Shown: one piece after another, positions 19,470-29,392 of the stretch | Layout of the letters: every line of letters begins with the position of its first letter | Position numbering within the stretch: position 1 is the first letter of the stretch | IMG/VR virus record: IMGVR_UViG_3300049783_000824 | Span: 9,687-73,686 of that record | Source: a virus | DNA length: 64,000 bases | Strand: one strand, 5' to 3' | Notes under the pieces: generated by a model | What the model was told of the DNA's origin: nothing | The model's database searches: none | What the model saw: the letters and a program-made list of their open reading frames with translations, nothing else | Made by a program: the position numbers and the translations under genes

Positions 19470-19981
19470 AAGTTATTGATGTTAAAAAACTTAGGGAAGA
19501 CATCCGTAAGATAAAACTAAAGACATTCAATGACCTTAATGAAAGTCTAGATAACTTAGATGATATACTAGATGAATATAAATTATTACATAAGGTTTCA
19601 AAGGATTTAGTTAATCTTAAGGGTGCTGACCTTATTGAAGCTTTAGTCTCACAACCAAATGATTATCTATTTTATAGAACATGTACCAATTACTTGAAAA
19701 AGATACTGGACTACATGGAAAGCTTGCTGCGATATGAAAGGGCTAAAGAAGCTGCAAAGATTCGTGAAACCAAATCAAGAGCATCTGATTTGAATGACAG
19801 GGCTATTAGTCAATTGATAGACGGTAAAGAGTACATCCAAGATATAACTATAAATGTAATTAAAGTTCGTGAGGTCTATGACCTACACTTAACTATAATT
19901 GAAGCCTATAACCAGAGAGGGTATGCCCTCAACAACATAACTAAGGCTAGGGTAGCTGAAATACAAAACATTATACTATGA
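19466..19981 (+). CDS. uvsY: Recombination mediator UvsY-like
   Basis: Helical protein ending RGYALNNITKARVA, located between uvsX and uvsW. Confidence 0.65.
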   Translation: MKVIDVKKLREDIRKIKLKTFNDLNESLDNLDDILDEYKLLHKVSKDLVNLKGADLIEALVSQPNDYLFYRTCTNYLKKILDYMESLLRYERAKEAAKIRETKSRASDLNDRAISQLIDGKEYIQDITINVIKVREVYDLHLTIIEAYNQRGYALNNITKARVAEIQNIIL

Positions 19982-21453
19982 AAGCAAAAATAAAAATAAT
20001 AGATGAAGTTAACATTGTAGTATCCAATCTACTTGATAGGGACATAAGTAACCTTGCGGATATGTTTGCAGTATACACTAAGGGCTTTAGGCATAATGCC
20101 AGTTATAAGCTTGGTAGGTGGGATGGTAAGATAAAGTTCTTCCATGCAAATGGTAAGTCCTATGTAAAGCTTCTTCCAGAGATAGTCAAGTACCTCAGTA
20201 ACAATGATTATACCATTGATATAATTGACAATCGAGTTAATGTTGATTTAACTATTGATGAAATAGACGAGAACTACCTTAAGGATAAGGGATATGATGT
20301 TGTCCTTGGCCCACATCAGGTACGTGGAGTAAACGCACTAACTGAAGAGGGTGGTGGTATATTTGAAGGTGGGACTGGGGCAGGAAAAACTCTTATGACA
20401 GCGGTTCTATGCCATTTGTATGAAGAGAATCTTAAGTTTAAATGTATTATAATAGTGCCATCATCTGACCTTATTGATCAGACCAAGGATGAGCTTGTAA
20501 AATATGGTGTTGATGTTGGTGAATACAGTGGAACTATGAAAGATATTAACCATACACACGTTGTGAGCACATGGCAAGCTCTACAGAATAACAAAGGTAT
20601 CATTGGACAGTTTAAGGCAGTGATTGTAGATGAGTGCCATGGCGTAGCTGGGGCCACACTACAGGAGATTCTAAATGAACATGGTGCTGGGTGCTTAGTG
20701 AGGTTAGGTCTTACGGGAACCCTTCCAGAAGCCGATATAGACATGATGGCAGTTACTGTAACACTTGGGCATGTAGTTGAAAAGGTCGAGGCATCTGAGC
20801 TTATAGCTAGAGGATGGCTTGCAGAATTGAACTTATACACCTATGAGTTGGTCGAAGATGTGCGTAAAGATTATCATGAATTCTGTGAAGAGTATCCACA
20901 GGAATCTGCTGACATTACTTACAAAGAATACAAAGCAAACTTCTTTGCTGATTTCCAATCGGAAAAGAAATATTTACAAAAGAATCCAAATAGACTTGAG
21001 TTTCTTGCTAGGCTAATTAATAAGCCAAAAAAGAATACGCTGATACTGGTGCCTAATGTTGAGTTTGGTAGAACCTTAGCTAAAATGATACCAAACGCGG
21101 TGTTCATTTATGGTAAAGATGTAAAGGCTGTTCGTAAAATATTGTATAGTTCATTTGATGATAAGGATGACATTGTTGCAATAACGACATTCCAATTAGC
21201 ATCAACTGGATTGAATATAAGACGTATTTTTAATTTGTTTTTAGTTGATCCGGGAAAGAGCTATGTTCAAATTATCCAGAGCATTGGTCGTGGGTTACGG
21301 AAGGCACACGATAAAGATAAGGTAAATGTGTATGACATATACAGTGACTTTAAATTTTCCAAGAGGCATGCAGCTGCAAGGAAGAAGCATTATAAATTGA
21401 AGAATTACCCGTTCAAAAAGAACAAGATAGACTATCTGCCATTAGTGGCATAA
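19978..21453 (+). CDS. uvsW: SF2 helicase UvsW
   Basis: WDGKIK, GTGAGKT, DECH, GLTGT, QSIGRGLRK. Confidence 0.93.
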   Translation: MKAKIKIIDEVNIVVSNLLDRDISNLADMFAVYTKGFRHNASYKLGRWDGKIKFFHANGKSYVKLLPEIVKYLSNNDYTIDIIDNRVNVDLTIDEIDENYLKDKGYDVVLGPHQVRGVNALTEEGGGIFEGGTGAGKTLMTAVLCHLYEENLKFKCIIIVPSSDLIDQTKDELVKYGVDVGEYSGTMKDINHTHVVSTWQALQNNKGIIGQFKAVIVDECHGVAGATLQEILNEHGAGCLVRLGLTGTLPEADIDMMAVTVTLGHVVEKVEASELIARGWLAELNLYTYELVEDVRKDYHEFCEEYPQESADITYKEYKANFFADFQSEKKYLQKNPNRLEFLARLINKPKKNTLILVPNVEFGRTLAKMIPNAVFIYGKDVKAVRKILYSSFDDKDDIVAITTFQLASTGLNIRRIFNLFLVDPGKSYVQIIQSIGRGLRKAHDKDKVNVYDIYSDFKFSKRHAAARKKHYKLKNYPFKKNKIDYLPLVA

Positions 21454-21471
21454 CCATAACAGGATAATAAC

Positions 21472-21969
21472 ATGGTAATATCAGATGAAAATTCATACCC
21501 AATACTTATTGATGGTATAGATACGGCAACACTAACAGATTATTTTTGGGTGTTACAACTACAACTTGATAACGAAATGGACTTCATGCTTCAGAAGCTG
21601 GAAATGTTTGAAGAACAAACAACACCAACTTTAGAGTTTTTAATTGGTGACTACTTAATAGAGGCACCCACTAACTGGAACATACTAGTTTATTCGGAAG
21701 AGACTGCCCAGTTGGATATTGTAGAAGTATCAGATTTAGCTAGATCAAAGTTCACAGCTGTGGTATACTTGCACAATAAAGGCAAAGTTGTACCCGGTCC
21801 AATAACTGTTGTTGATTATCACCGTGAAGCTCACGTTAGAAATCCTTCACTAAATAAACATACAATGTTATGTCATCACGTTGGCCCAGATGCATGGGTA
21901 TGCCTAGCACCAACAGACAACTATAATAAGTATTTGAAGAATTCTCTAGTTGGTGATCTGCTAGAATAA
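21472..21969 (+). CDS. Hypothetical protein, possible degenerate stand-alone Hint-fold
   Basis: AGGA SD. beta-rich pattern reminiscent of Hint blocks (see findings). Confidence 0.55.
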   Translation: MVISDENSYPILIDGIDTATLTDYFWVLQLQLDNEMDFMLQKLEMFEEQTTPTLEFLIGDYLIEAPTNWNILVYSEETAQLDIVEVSDLARSKFTAVVYLHNKGKVVPGPITVVDYHREAHVRNPSLNKHTMLCHHVGPDAWVCLAPTDNYNKYLKNSLVGDLLE

Positions 21970-21984
21970 CAAGGAGTTATAATA

Positions 21985-22458
21985 ATGGCCGCAAAAAAGA
22001 AAAAAAGTACAGTAGCTAAACAAGTATCGATAAGTGAATTACAATCCTTCATTGAAGGTGCAACCGCATTTAATTCAGATGATTGGCACCCCAATAAGGA
22101 ACAATGGACTAGAATTGTTGAAATGATTATGACAATTAAACCAGAAGAGACTGTTGTTGTGAACAATGTACCACATGTTGTGAATGTACCACAACAAACT
22201 CCACAAAGACAGTTTCTACCATCAACGTTTGGTAGTGGTGATGTGGATGGTGATGGTTATGCCCATAATTCTTCAGTAGCGGATGGTGGATTTGAAGATT
22301 TAAGATCAAAAGCACCTAGGACTGATATGCGAAAAATTAAGGCTGAGAAAACCGGGATTGGTGGTGTAGATGATAATGGTATCACAGTATCTGGTATAAA
22401 AGTTAAGACACCTAATGTAGATTCATCAAAAGGTGACTATGACACACCATTTGCGTGA
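21985..22458 (+). CDS. Hypothetical protein
   Basis: AGGAG SD. Confidence 0.6.
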   Translation: MAAKKKKSTVAKQVSISELQSFIEGATAFNSDDWHPNKEQWTRIVEMIMTIKPEETVVVNNVPHVVNVPQQTPQRQFLPSTFGSGDVDGDGYAHNSSVADGGFEDLRSKAPRTDMRKIKAEKTGIGGVDDNGITVSGIKVKTPNVDSSKGDYDTPFA

Positions 22459-23014
22459 TATAACGCAATTCAGTACCCAACTGAATGGTAGGCTAATGTG
22501 TGGGGACGGTGATTCGATTGTAGAGTTACCATTCTTATACGACCATCTACTTAACGGTGGTTTGGGTTCTGATGTTTTCATATCAAAAAAAGACTGCAAT
22601 TCACCAGAGGTTGAATTTTATAACAAAAGCTTTAGTGAAGAGAAGGTTAATTATAAAAAAGAAATGAAGGATACCTCATTAGATTGGAATATTCCTAAAA
22701 GGTATAAAGAGTTGGATGTTTATGCCTATTTGCTCAATAAACTTAAGGCTGAAGTAAAGAGTTGTGAGTTTAGTGATGATGAGCTTAGGGTTAGATTTTA
22801 CCGTGTTAAGATGGAGTTGCGTATTTGGGAAAAAAGAAATTTACTAGATATGTTGCGCTCATTAATTTTTATAGTAAATACACTAGAAGAACAAAAAATT
22901 ATATGGGGTACTGGGCGTGGAAGTTCATGTGCATCGTATGCCCTATACCTTATAGGGTTGCATCAAGTAGATAGTGTTGAGTATGAATTAGACATTGGTG
23001 AGTTTTTTCGCTGA
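22433..23014 (+). CDS. DNA polymerase III alpha (DnaE)-like, N-terminal palm fragment
   Basis: R...EL...WGTGRGSSCASYALYLIGLHQVDSVEYELDIGEFFR corresponds to the DnaE GRGS...FERFL block. Confidence 0.85.
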   Translation: MTMTHHLRDITQFSTQLNGRLMCGDGDSIVELPFLYDHLLNGGLGSDVFISKKDCNSPEVEFYNKSFSEEKVNYKKEMKDTSLDWNIPKRYKELDVYAYLLNKLKAEVKSCEFSDDELRVRFYRVKMELRIWEKRNLLDMLRSLIFIVNTLEEQKIIWGTGRGSSCASYALYLIGLHQVDSVEYELDIGEFFR

Positions 23015-23022
23015 AGGTATAT

Positions 23023-23030
23023 TATAAATA
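23023..23030 (+). promoter_or_regulatory. T4-type late promoter TATAAATA
   Basis: Exact consensus. Confidence 0.75.
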
Positions 23031-23054
23031 GTAACATAATGATGGGGTTTAAAA

Positions 23055-23474
23055 ATGGCAAAGAAAAGAAAAGTTAGTAGTGCACTTGGTGAAACTGTAG
23101 ACTTTGATCTAATGAGAGTTAAGCAGAATATCGAAAATCGTGATAAGCCAGACGGTGTTGAAATGCGAGAAAAGTATATCGACATCCGTCGTCGTCGTAA
23201 TCCACGAAGAAATGTGGCAGATTTGGTTACTGAACAGCGAAGTAATGAAACTGACGCACGTGATAAAATACAGCAAAGCAAGAAGAATAAGCAAGAAGCA
23301 TTGGCTAAACTGGAAAGTGAAGCTAAACTAGAAGCACCAACGGATATCACGGTAGAGGATGTTGTTGATACCACGGTATCTACTGAAAAGCCAGACGATA
23401 CTGAGATACTACAAGCTTCACCTAAGAAGAAAATTGTAAAGCGTACCCAACCTGAGGAGAACTCAGACAAATAA
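23055..23474 (+). CDS. Hypothetical charged protein
   Basis: Late promoter upstream, coupled to the GroES-like gene. Confidence 0.6.
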   Translation: MAKKRKVSSALGETVDFDLMRVKQNIENRDKPDGVEMREKYIDIRRRRNPRRNVADLVTEQRSNETDARDKIQQSKKNKQEALAKLESEAKLEAPTDITVEDVVDTTVSTEKPDDTEILQASPKKKIVKRTQPEENSDK

Positions 23475-23803
23475 TGGAAGCTAATATGCGTAAAGAAATT
23501 GACCCAGTACATAACCAGATTTTGTTCCAATTTGTAGAAGACACAACTAGGGGCAAGTTTAATGAGAAATCCAACGGGGGCATTCTACTTGTTGAAGATA
23601 GTAGCAAGCAAGTGGAACATTGTAGATGGGGCACGGTAGTATCAACTGGACCGAATGTTAAGGACGTTGTAGAGGGTGAAGTTATTCTCATAAACGCCCT
23701 AATGTGGACTAATGGTTTTAGGATGACAGACACCGATTACTGGATAACTTCTGAACCCGAAATAATTGCTAAATGGGTCGATGACAATAGTCTTCCTAGT
23801 TAA
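23474..23803 (+). CDS. GroES-like co-chaperonin (capsid-folding, gp31 analogue)
   Basis: P....IL, GGILL, GTVVSTGP, V.EGEV. Confidence 0.8.
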   Translation: MEANMRKEIDPVHNQILFQFVEDTTRGKFNEKSNGGILLVEDSSKQVEHCRWGTVVSTGPNVKDVVEGEVILINALMWTNGFRMTDTDYWITSEPEIIAKWVDDNSLPS

Positions 23804-23815
23804 ATAAATATACCC

Positions 23816-24700
23816 ATGAGATCTTATATTTTCCCCACAATAGTAATGTTGGCAGCATTGGCACTCGCAGCTGGTGCAGCCTTATTTACTATACTTGGAT
23901 TTCGAGAATTATTTGAACCGTCATTAAAGATAACCTTAATGGCAGCTTCAATTGAACTCGGTAAGATTGTTGCCGTATCTGCACTATATCAGTTCAAGGA
24001 TGTTCTGGGGTGGATATCAAAACTATTCCTACTATTCCTAATTATTGTTGCTATGGCAGTTACTTCTATGGGTGTTTATGGATACCTATCAAGTGCATAC
24101 CAACGGGATTCGTTGGCAATAACCCAGAACAGTGCTAAGCTTGAGCTTTTAAGTAGCAGGAAAGCAGCCTTAGAGCAACGCCTAGGCGGTATGGATCAAC
24201 AGATAGCAAACGTACCAGAGGCATACGTGTCGAAGCGTATGGAGCTTATATCAACGTTTAAACCCGAACGTACATCAGTATTGAATGAACTGGACGTGCT
24301 AGAACAACAAAACCTAGATTTAACACTAGATAAGCTTAGCAAAGAGACCGAATTTGGTGCAATATTGTTATTAGCTAACTCAGTAGATTGGCTAGATGCA
24401 GATAATGCAATGTTGTATTTTATACTGGCAGTCATATTCATCTTTGACCCGATGGCAATAGCCTTGACGTTTGCGTCTAACGTAGGGTATGCTAAGGCTG
24501 CTTCAGACACAGCTAAGAAAAATGATACTGTTGAACCTGTAGTTGTTGACCAACCCACATCTAGTTTAAATGATGATGAAGTTAAAAGCATAGCTACAGC
24601 CCTTAGTGACTTGGCAAATGAAGTTAAAGAAATGAAGAATTCCACCCCAAAGAACAATCGTTCTGAAATATTAGATAACATGAGAAAACAAAAAGCTTGA
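23816..24700 (+). CDS. Membrane protein with coiled coil
   Basis: Three N-terminal TM segments, TSMGVYGYLS, coiled coil, IFIFDPMAI TM. Confidence 0.7.
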   Translation: MRSYIFPTIVMLAALALAAGAALFTILGFRELFEPSLKITLMAASIELGKIVAVSALYQFKDVLGWISKLFLLFLIIVAMAVTSMGVYGYLSSAYQRDSLAITQNSAKLELLSSRKAALEQRLGGMDQQIANVPEAYVSKRMELISTFKPERTSVLNELDVLEQQNLDLTLDKLSKETEFGAILLLANSVDWLDADNAMLYFILAVIFIFDPMAIALTFASNVGYAKAASDTAKKNDTVEPVVVDQPTSSLNDDEVKSIATALSDLANEVKEMKNSTPKNNRSEILDNMRKQKA

Positions 24701-24726
24701 TAACCCAACCATAATCTTGTATAATC
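24698..24726 (+). promoter_or_regulatory. sigma70-like promoter for the clamp-loader operon
   Basis: TTGATA-N17-TATAAT. Confidence 0.65.
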
Positions 24727-24750
24727 GTCCCCTTATAAGGGAATTGATAT

Positions 24751-25683
24751 ATGTTAAAAAAACTATGGGTACGATCATACATGCCCACCAAACTTGAAGA
24801 TTATGTTTTTCAAAATGAACACAACAGGGTTCAATTTACCAAATTCGTAAAAGATAAATCCTTCCCCCATTTGCTGTTGAAAGGACATAAGGGTTCGGGC
24901 AAGACTACCATGGCCCTTATCCTTAAGAATGAACTCGGCATACTCGACGGTGATTTTAAATTTCTAAACTCAGCGGATGATAACTCTATTAATGTGGTTC
25001 GTAATGTTATTAAACCTTTTAGTGAATCAATGCCTCTTGGTGAATTTAAGGTAGTCCTATTAGACGAAGCTGAGTTTTTAAGTACAGAAGCACAGAAAGC
25101 ATTATGTGGTATGCTGGAGCGATACTCAGATACTGTCAGGTTTATATTAACATGTAATAGACCACACAAGATAATACCTGAACTCAAATCACGGTGTACA
25201 GAATTCTCCTTTAATGAATTTGATAAGAAGTCAATGGCAACACATGTATATAAAATCCTGAAGAACGAGGGTGTTACGGTGTCCAGTGTTGAACTGCTTA
25301 TGGGCTATGTTAATGAAAGCTACCCAGACATGCGTAAGATACTGCAAAACCTAGAGACTAACGTTATTGATGGGGTATTAGAGCCAGCAAATGGCAGTGA
25401 TGAGAAAAGCCAACTCCTTTTGGACATTGTTGACCAGCTAAGTGCAGGTAAATGGTTAGAGGTTAGGGCCGGTATTGTACAGAACATTGAGGAGCATGAA
25501 TGGGATGAGATTTATAGATTTCTATACGATAACTTAGATCAAATTGAAGGCTTTGATAACACAGACAATTGGAAGTGTGGTATCATTATACTTGCAGATC
25601 ATATCAGGTTTCATTATCAGGTTGCTGACCCTGAAATAAATTTCAGCGCATGTATGATAAGACTATCAGGAGTTATTAAATAA
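24751..25683 (+). CDS. gp44: Clamp loader large subunit (gp44/RFC-like AAA+)
   Basis: LW...Y.P, GHKGSGKTT, LDEAE, SRC, YPDMRK. Confidence 0.93.
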   Translation: MLKKLWVRSYMPTKLEDYVFQNEHNRVQFTKFVKDKSFPHLLLKGHKGSGKTTMALILKNELGILDGDFKFLNSADDNSINVVRNVIKPFSESMPLGEFKVVLLDEAEFLSTEAQKALCGMLERYSDTVRFILTCNRPHKIIPELKSRCTEFSFNEFDKKSMATHVYKILKNEGVTVSSVELLMGYVNESYPDMRKILQNLETNVIDGVLEPANGSDEKSQLLLDIVDQLSAGKWLEVRAGIVQNIEEHEWDEIYRFLYDNLDQIEGFDNTDNWKCGIIILADHIRFHYQVADPEINFSACMIRLSGVIK

Positions 25684-26003
25684 TGACAAGAGAATTACAA
25701 TTAGATGAAGACCAAGCAAGACTAGACTTAGATAACGTATCTAAGTTTTCTGACAAAAATCAACGTCTGGCATGGAGACGTAAGCGAACAAAAATGGATG
25801 AGTTGTTAGCAAAAATTCTGCCATACGAAGAACAAATCTTGGAGATAATCTACGAGAAGCAATCAATTATGGATGATATTGAAGTCGTGCGGAAGGCAAT
25901 GGTAAAAGAATGTGTTCACCCTGCTGACTATCTTGTGCATAAGGGAAACTTTATACTGTGCAAATTTTGCAAAAACAAAATTGTAATTAACAATGGCAAA
26001 TAA
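25683..26003 (+). CDS. Hypothetical protein with C-terminal zinc ribbon
   Basis: CVH...CKFC. Confidence 0.55.
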   Translation: MTRELQLDEDQARLDLDNVSKFSDKNQRLAWRRKRTKMDELLAKILPYEEQILEIIYEKQSIMDDIEVVRKAMVKECVHPADYLVHKGNFILCKFCKNKIVINNGK

Positions 26004-26451
26004 GCTTGATATCTTCAAGGTATTGGAAAAGGTAGACGATTTTGACATCGACTACTTTAATGGGCTAACTGATGATGAGAAGAAGTCGTTAGCACCCTAC
26101 GTACTTATGTTGTGGATGTCAGGTACTAAGTCTCAAACCCAGCTGATACAACTAAATGTGTTTATGAATTCATTAGTATTTAAGATTCCACCTGAACATA
26201 GTGGTTTGTTATATAAGTTAGCATGCGTTGCTAGTGATGGCAAAAGAAAGAAGTACAATTGGGTAGGTAAGAAAACCAAAAGCAAGAAATATGCAACGGC
26301 AACCGATGTGCTAAGTAGATATTATAGATGCAGTACGACAGAAGCTCTTGGGTATATTGGTATTCTTAACTATGATGATGTTGCTGAAATTGCCATGGAA
26401 CTTGGTGAACAGGACGATACACTGAAGAAAATCAAAAAAGAGATGAAATGA
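25993..26451 (+). CDS. Clamp loader small subunit (gp62-like)
   Basis: PYVLMLWMS, W..K, YY.CS..EA..Y..IL pattern, close to gp44. Confidence 0.6.
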   Translation: MANKLDIFKVLEKVDDFDIDYFNGLTDDEKKSLAPYVLMLWMSGTKSQTQLIQLNVFMNSLVFKIPPEHSGLLYKLACVASDGKRKKYNWVGKKTKSKKYATATDVLSRYYRCSTTEALGYIGILNYDDVAEIAMELGEQDDTLKKIKKEMK

Positions 26452-27134
26452 GTAGTAGTGGTACATATTTTGAATGCAAGCACTGTTTAAAAAAGTTCAT
26501 AAGTGAACGTTATTATAACAAACATGAATGTGAACAAATGAAACGGTTTAAACTCCTTGGGACAAATAGGGGCAGTATTGCATATTCATGTTATTGCTCT
26601 TGGGCAACGCATAAAGGATATCGTAAGCCAACAGTAGACCATTTTATAGACTCAAGAAAATTCAAAGCATTTTTTAGGTTCATTGAATTCTCAAATAAAA
26701 TGGCATTACCTGCAAGGGATAGATACATTGAGTACATGACTAGCTTAGGTATTAATCCTGTTGACTGGACAAAGAAAATTGTATACGAACATTACATAAC
26801 TGAATTTGATAATATCTTTTCCCCAGAGGATCAAGCTGCGATAACTGTTGATACCGTATTTGAACTCGCTAGAATATACGAATGTGAGACCGATGACATA
26901 TTCACATACATGGAGGCTAACACGCTACTGCAATTAGTTCAAGCGAAAAAACTTTCACCTTGGGTGTTGCTATTTTCAAATAAGTTTATAAGTTTTATTC
27001 AAAATGATATGACCCGAGAACAGAGAATCATGTTAAAGACTAACATGGACATAACTTCATGGGAGGTGATATTCAAAAAATCAGTAAAGACGGCAAAGAA
27101 AATGCAGACCTATGTAAATGCGTTGGGTATTTAA
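26448..27134 (+). CDS. Zinc-finger hypothetical protein
   Basis: FECKHCLKKF...KHEC. Confidence 0.6.
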   Translation: MSSSGTYFECKHCLKKFISERYYNKHECEQMKRFKLLGTNRGSIAYSCYCSWATHKGYRKPTVDHFIDSRKFKAFFRFIEFSNKMALPARDRYIEYMTSLGINPVDWTKKIVYEHYITEFDNIFSPEDQAAITVDTVFELARIYECETDDIFTYMEANTLLQLVQAKKLSPWVLLFSNKFISFIQNDMTREQRIMLKTNMDITSWEVIFKKSVKTAKKMQTYVNALGI

Positions 27135-27370
27135 CCGCAACCCCAGTTACTGATTGGGTAGATTCTACTTGTTGAATGGGGTGGTATTTGGAACTGTGAA
27201 TAACCAGCCCAACAATTAACCCATTGGGGTGTGTGGTTAATAATACGCATATATGGCATCTGCATACCATATTTGTCGAACACGGGGACTTGTTGACAAC
27301 AACTATAACTATTTGACAGTGGTGAAAAGCATAGTAGGGTTATAAGTATGAGTAGTGATATTTTATACAT
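27131..27370 (-). CDS. Small exported protein
   Basis: Signal-peptide-like N-terminus, coupled to the upstream ORF. Confidence 0.5.
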   Translation of the reverse strand: MYKISLLILITLLCFSPLSNSYSCCQQVPVFDKYGMQMPYMRIINHTPQWVNCWAGYSQFQIPPHSTSRIYPISNWGCG

Positions 27371-27762
27371 TATTCGAGTTCTCCAGTTGAAGGAAGTCCC
27401 TTTGAAAGGATTCCCGATGATATGATTGCTGACCGGCGTACCGATAAGGCTTCGGAATTTTGCTTTATTTGGTCGTATATTCGTTGTGAATTTAATGACA
27501 TGGGTTCAACTGGCACACCAGTTTGGACAGATGTTGCAGTTGTTGCAGCTACATCAGACTCTATCTCACTCAGCCTATAGTCATTGAGTGACAAGTGGAG
27601 TTCTATGCTTCTGAATTCACTCAACACGTTAGCACTGAGTATATCATTTTTACTAGCAAGATTATTGTTAGCCCAAAAAATTGCACCAGATATTGAACTA
27701 ACGATTGTTATAACACCTATTATCATAGATATGTTGTCGTTGATTGATTTTAGTATGGCCAT
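27370..27762 (-). CDS. Membrane-anchored hypothetical protein
   Basis: N-terminal TM segment. Confidence 0.55.
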   Translation of the reverse strand: MAILKSINDNISMIIGVITIVSSISGAIFWANNNLASKNDILSANVLSEFRSIELHLSLNDYRLSEIESDVAATTATSVQTGVPVEPMSLNSQRIYDQIKQNSEALSVRRSAIISSGILSKGLPSTGELE

Positions 27763-27823
27763 AGGTTATGATTATCCATTATTATATAAATATATATATG
27801 TTATTTACACTGAAGGTTAACAA

Positions 27824-28483
27824 ATGAGAGATATAGAAAACTGGATAGATATAGACACAAAACGGGTTGGATTGCTATCCAAATCTGATTGGACACAATT
27901 ACCAGATAGTGGGCTTAGTAAAAGCTGTGTTATTGAATGGAAGGTCTGGCGTGGTGCTATGCGTAAAGTCAATAAGCATATCTACGATCAACCGTTGGTG
28001 GCAGTTGTTGTTATTAAAGAGTTGCAGGACAGTTTACCCAAAAATGTATACGCTGATAACACTGTGCAGGTAGCATCTGACGGCCCAATTATACCACAAC
28101 CTAAAGAGAAAACAATAGACGACATCCGGGACTTACCTGAAGGTAAAATTTACGGCAAGACTAAACTTGAGGTTGAATATAGAAGTAAAATACTTAAGGC
28201 ATCACCCCCATTGGAATTATCATTCCTATACTCAGAACGTCTTAGTCAGGCTATTGACTACTTATCAGACAACGGTACTGCGTTCCCGTTGCTTGACGTT
28301 CTTTCTGAAAGTTTGGGCAAGTCCACGGAAGAAGTAGCAGTTAGTATACTCAAAAAGCAAACAAATACTATCAATAGTTTTGCAACCATTGAACGTGGCT
28401 ATATCGAATGCTTGAAAGACGTAAATAAATCTGCTACAATGTCTGATATAAAAGAGGCTCTAGTTAAATTCGATGGATATTGA
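27824..28483 (+). CDS. Tail fibre assembly chaperone-like protein
   Basis: R..LL..SDWTQLPD...W..WR..MR motif. TATAAATA at 27785. Confidence 0.65.
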   Translation: MRDIENWIDIDTKRVGLLSKSDWTQLPDSGLSKSCVIEWKVWRGAMRKVNKHIYDQPLVAVVVIKELQDSLPKNVYADNTVQVASDGPIIPQPKEKTIDDIRDLPEGKIYGKTKLEVEYRSKILKASPPLELSFLYSERLSQAIDYLSDNGTAFPLLDVLSESLGKSTEEVAVSILKKQTNTINSFATIERGYIECLKDVNKSATMSDIKEALVKFDGY

Positions 28484-29042
28484 TATAGACCTGATACCGG
28501 GCGTAGACCCACGTGAGTTGTTTAGAAATGCTATACCAGCATCGATGGTAAATGATGGTGTGTTGAAGAAGCACCCCGTAGGATATTACTTCCAAGATAT
28601 ACCTGTAGATAAAGTAACTGGGCTATCAGCAATACCATACAAAGAGTCTGAAGACTTCGGGTATTATAAAATAGACCTACTCACCGTTAATATACTCAAA
28701 TCATTTGACTCAAAAGAAGAAATGGTTAGGCTGCAGAAGATAGAACCTAATTGGAATTTATTAAAAGATGCGAAAGTTGTTGAAAAGCTATTCCATCTTG
28801 GTAAGCACTACAGTGTAATCAATAAGGTAAAACCAAAAAGTATTCTAGCATTAGCTGATGTGTTTGCATTAATCCGACCAAACAAAAGACCACTGCTTGA
28901 TAAATACATTGAGAACCCAGAGAAATACCGAACTGAGTTGTACACTAAGCGTGCACCGGAAGATATGCGCAAAGCACACGCTATACCATATGCAATCTTG
29001 ATTGTATTACAATTACATTTAGTTGAGCAAGGAAGACTATGA
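28473..29042 (+). CDS. DNA polymerase III alpha (DnaE)-like, catalytic C-terminal fragment
   Basis: DIDID, KHPVG, GYYKIDLL, LIRP, RKAHAIPYA correspond to DnaE DIDID/HAAG/KFDFL/YRPG/NKSHSAAY. Confidence 0.85.
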   Translation: MDIDIDLIPGVDPRELFRNAIPASMVNDGVLKKHPVGYYFQDIPVDKVTGLSAIPYKESEDFGYYKIDLLTVNILKSFDSKEEMVRLQKIEPNWNLLKDAKVVEKLFHLGKHYSVINKVKPKSILALADVFALIRPNKRPLLDKYIENPEKYRTELYTKRAPEDMRKAHAIPYAILIVLQLHLVEQGRL

Positions 29043-29392
29043 GAAAATTAACTGAAATACTAGCGGAAAAACAATTTAACTTGAGCAATACCGAGAAGGC
29101 TATCATTGCGTCTATGTCAATATCACCTACCCCCGAAATGTCATATGGTGTGGTTACTGGTGCACGAAACTCAGTCACTGCACGTAAGCAATTAGAAGCA
29201 GTAGGTTTGATAAATGTTGATGATGAAACCAAAACAGCTGAGCTTACATCTGCGGGTACTCAAGTATTAACTTATGAGAACCTCACAGATGAAGCTGGTG
29301 AGCTAACCGATAGGGGTAAGGAACTTGTAGACCGGTATAAGTCAGATATCGGTGAATGGAAAAAGTTCGAATCATTTAAGCGTTTTACTTAA
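29039..29392 (+). CDS. Hypothetical protein with capsid-targeting-like leader MRKLTEILAE
   Basis: ATGA-coupled ORF. Confidence 0.6.
   Translation: MRKLTEILAEKQFNLSNTEKAIIASMSISPTPEMSYGVVTGARNSVTARKQLEAVGLINVDDETKTAELTSAGTQVLTYENLTDEAGELTDRGKELVDRYKSDIGEWKKFESFKRFT

Noticed and set aside
22433-29042. Split-intein trans-splicing or frameshift joining of the DnaE halves
   Set aside because: The N-half ends right after the polymerase motif with no Cys/Ser-initiated intein segment. The C-half starts at MDIDID with no HN-C/S junction. Intact unrelated genes lie between them.
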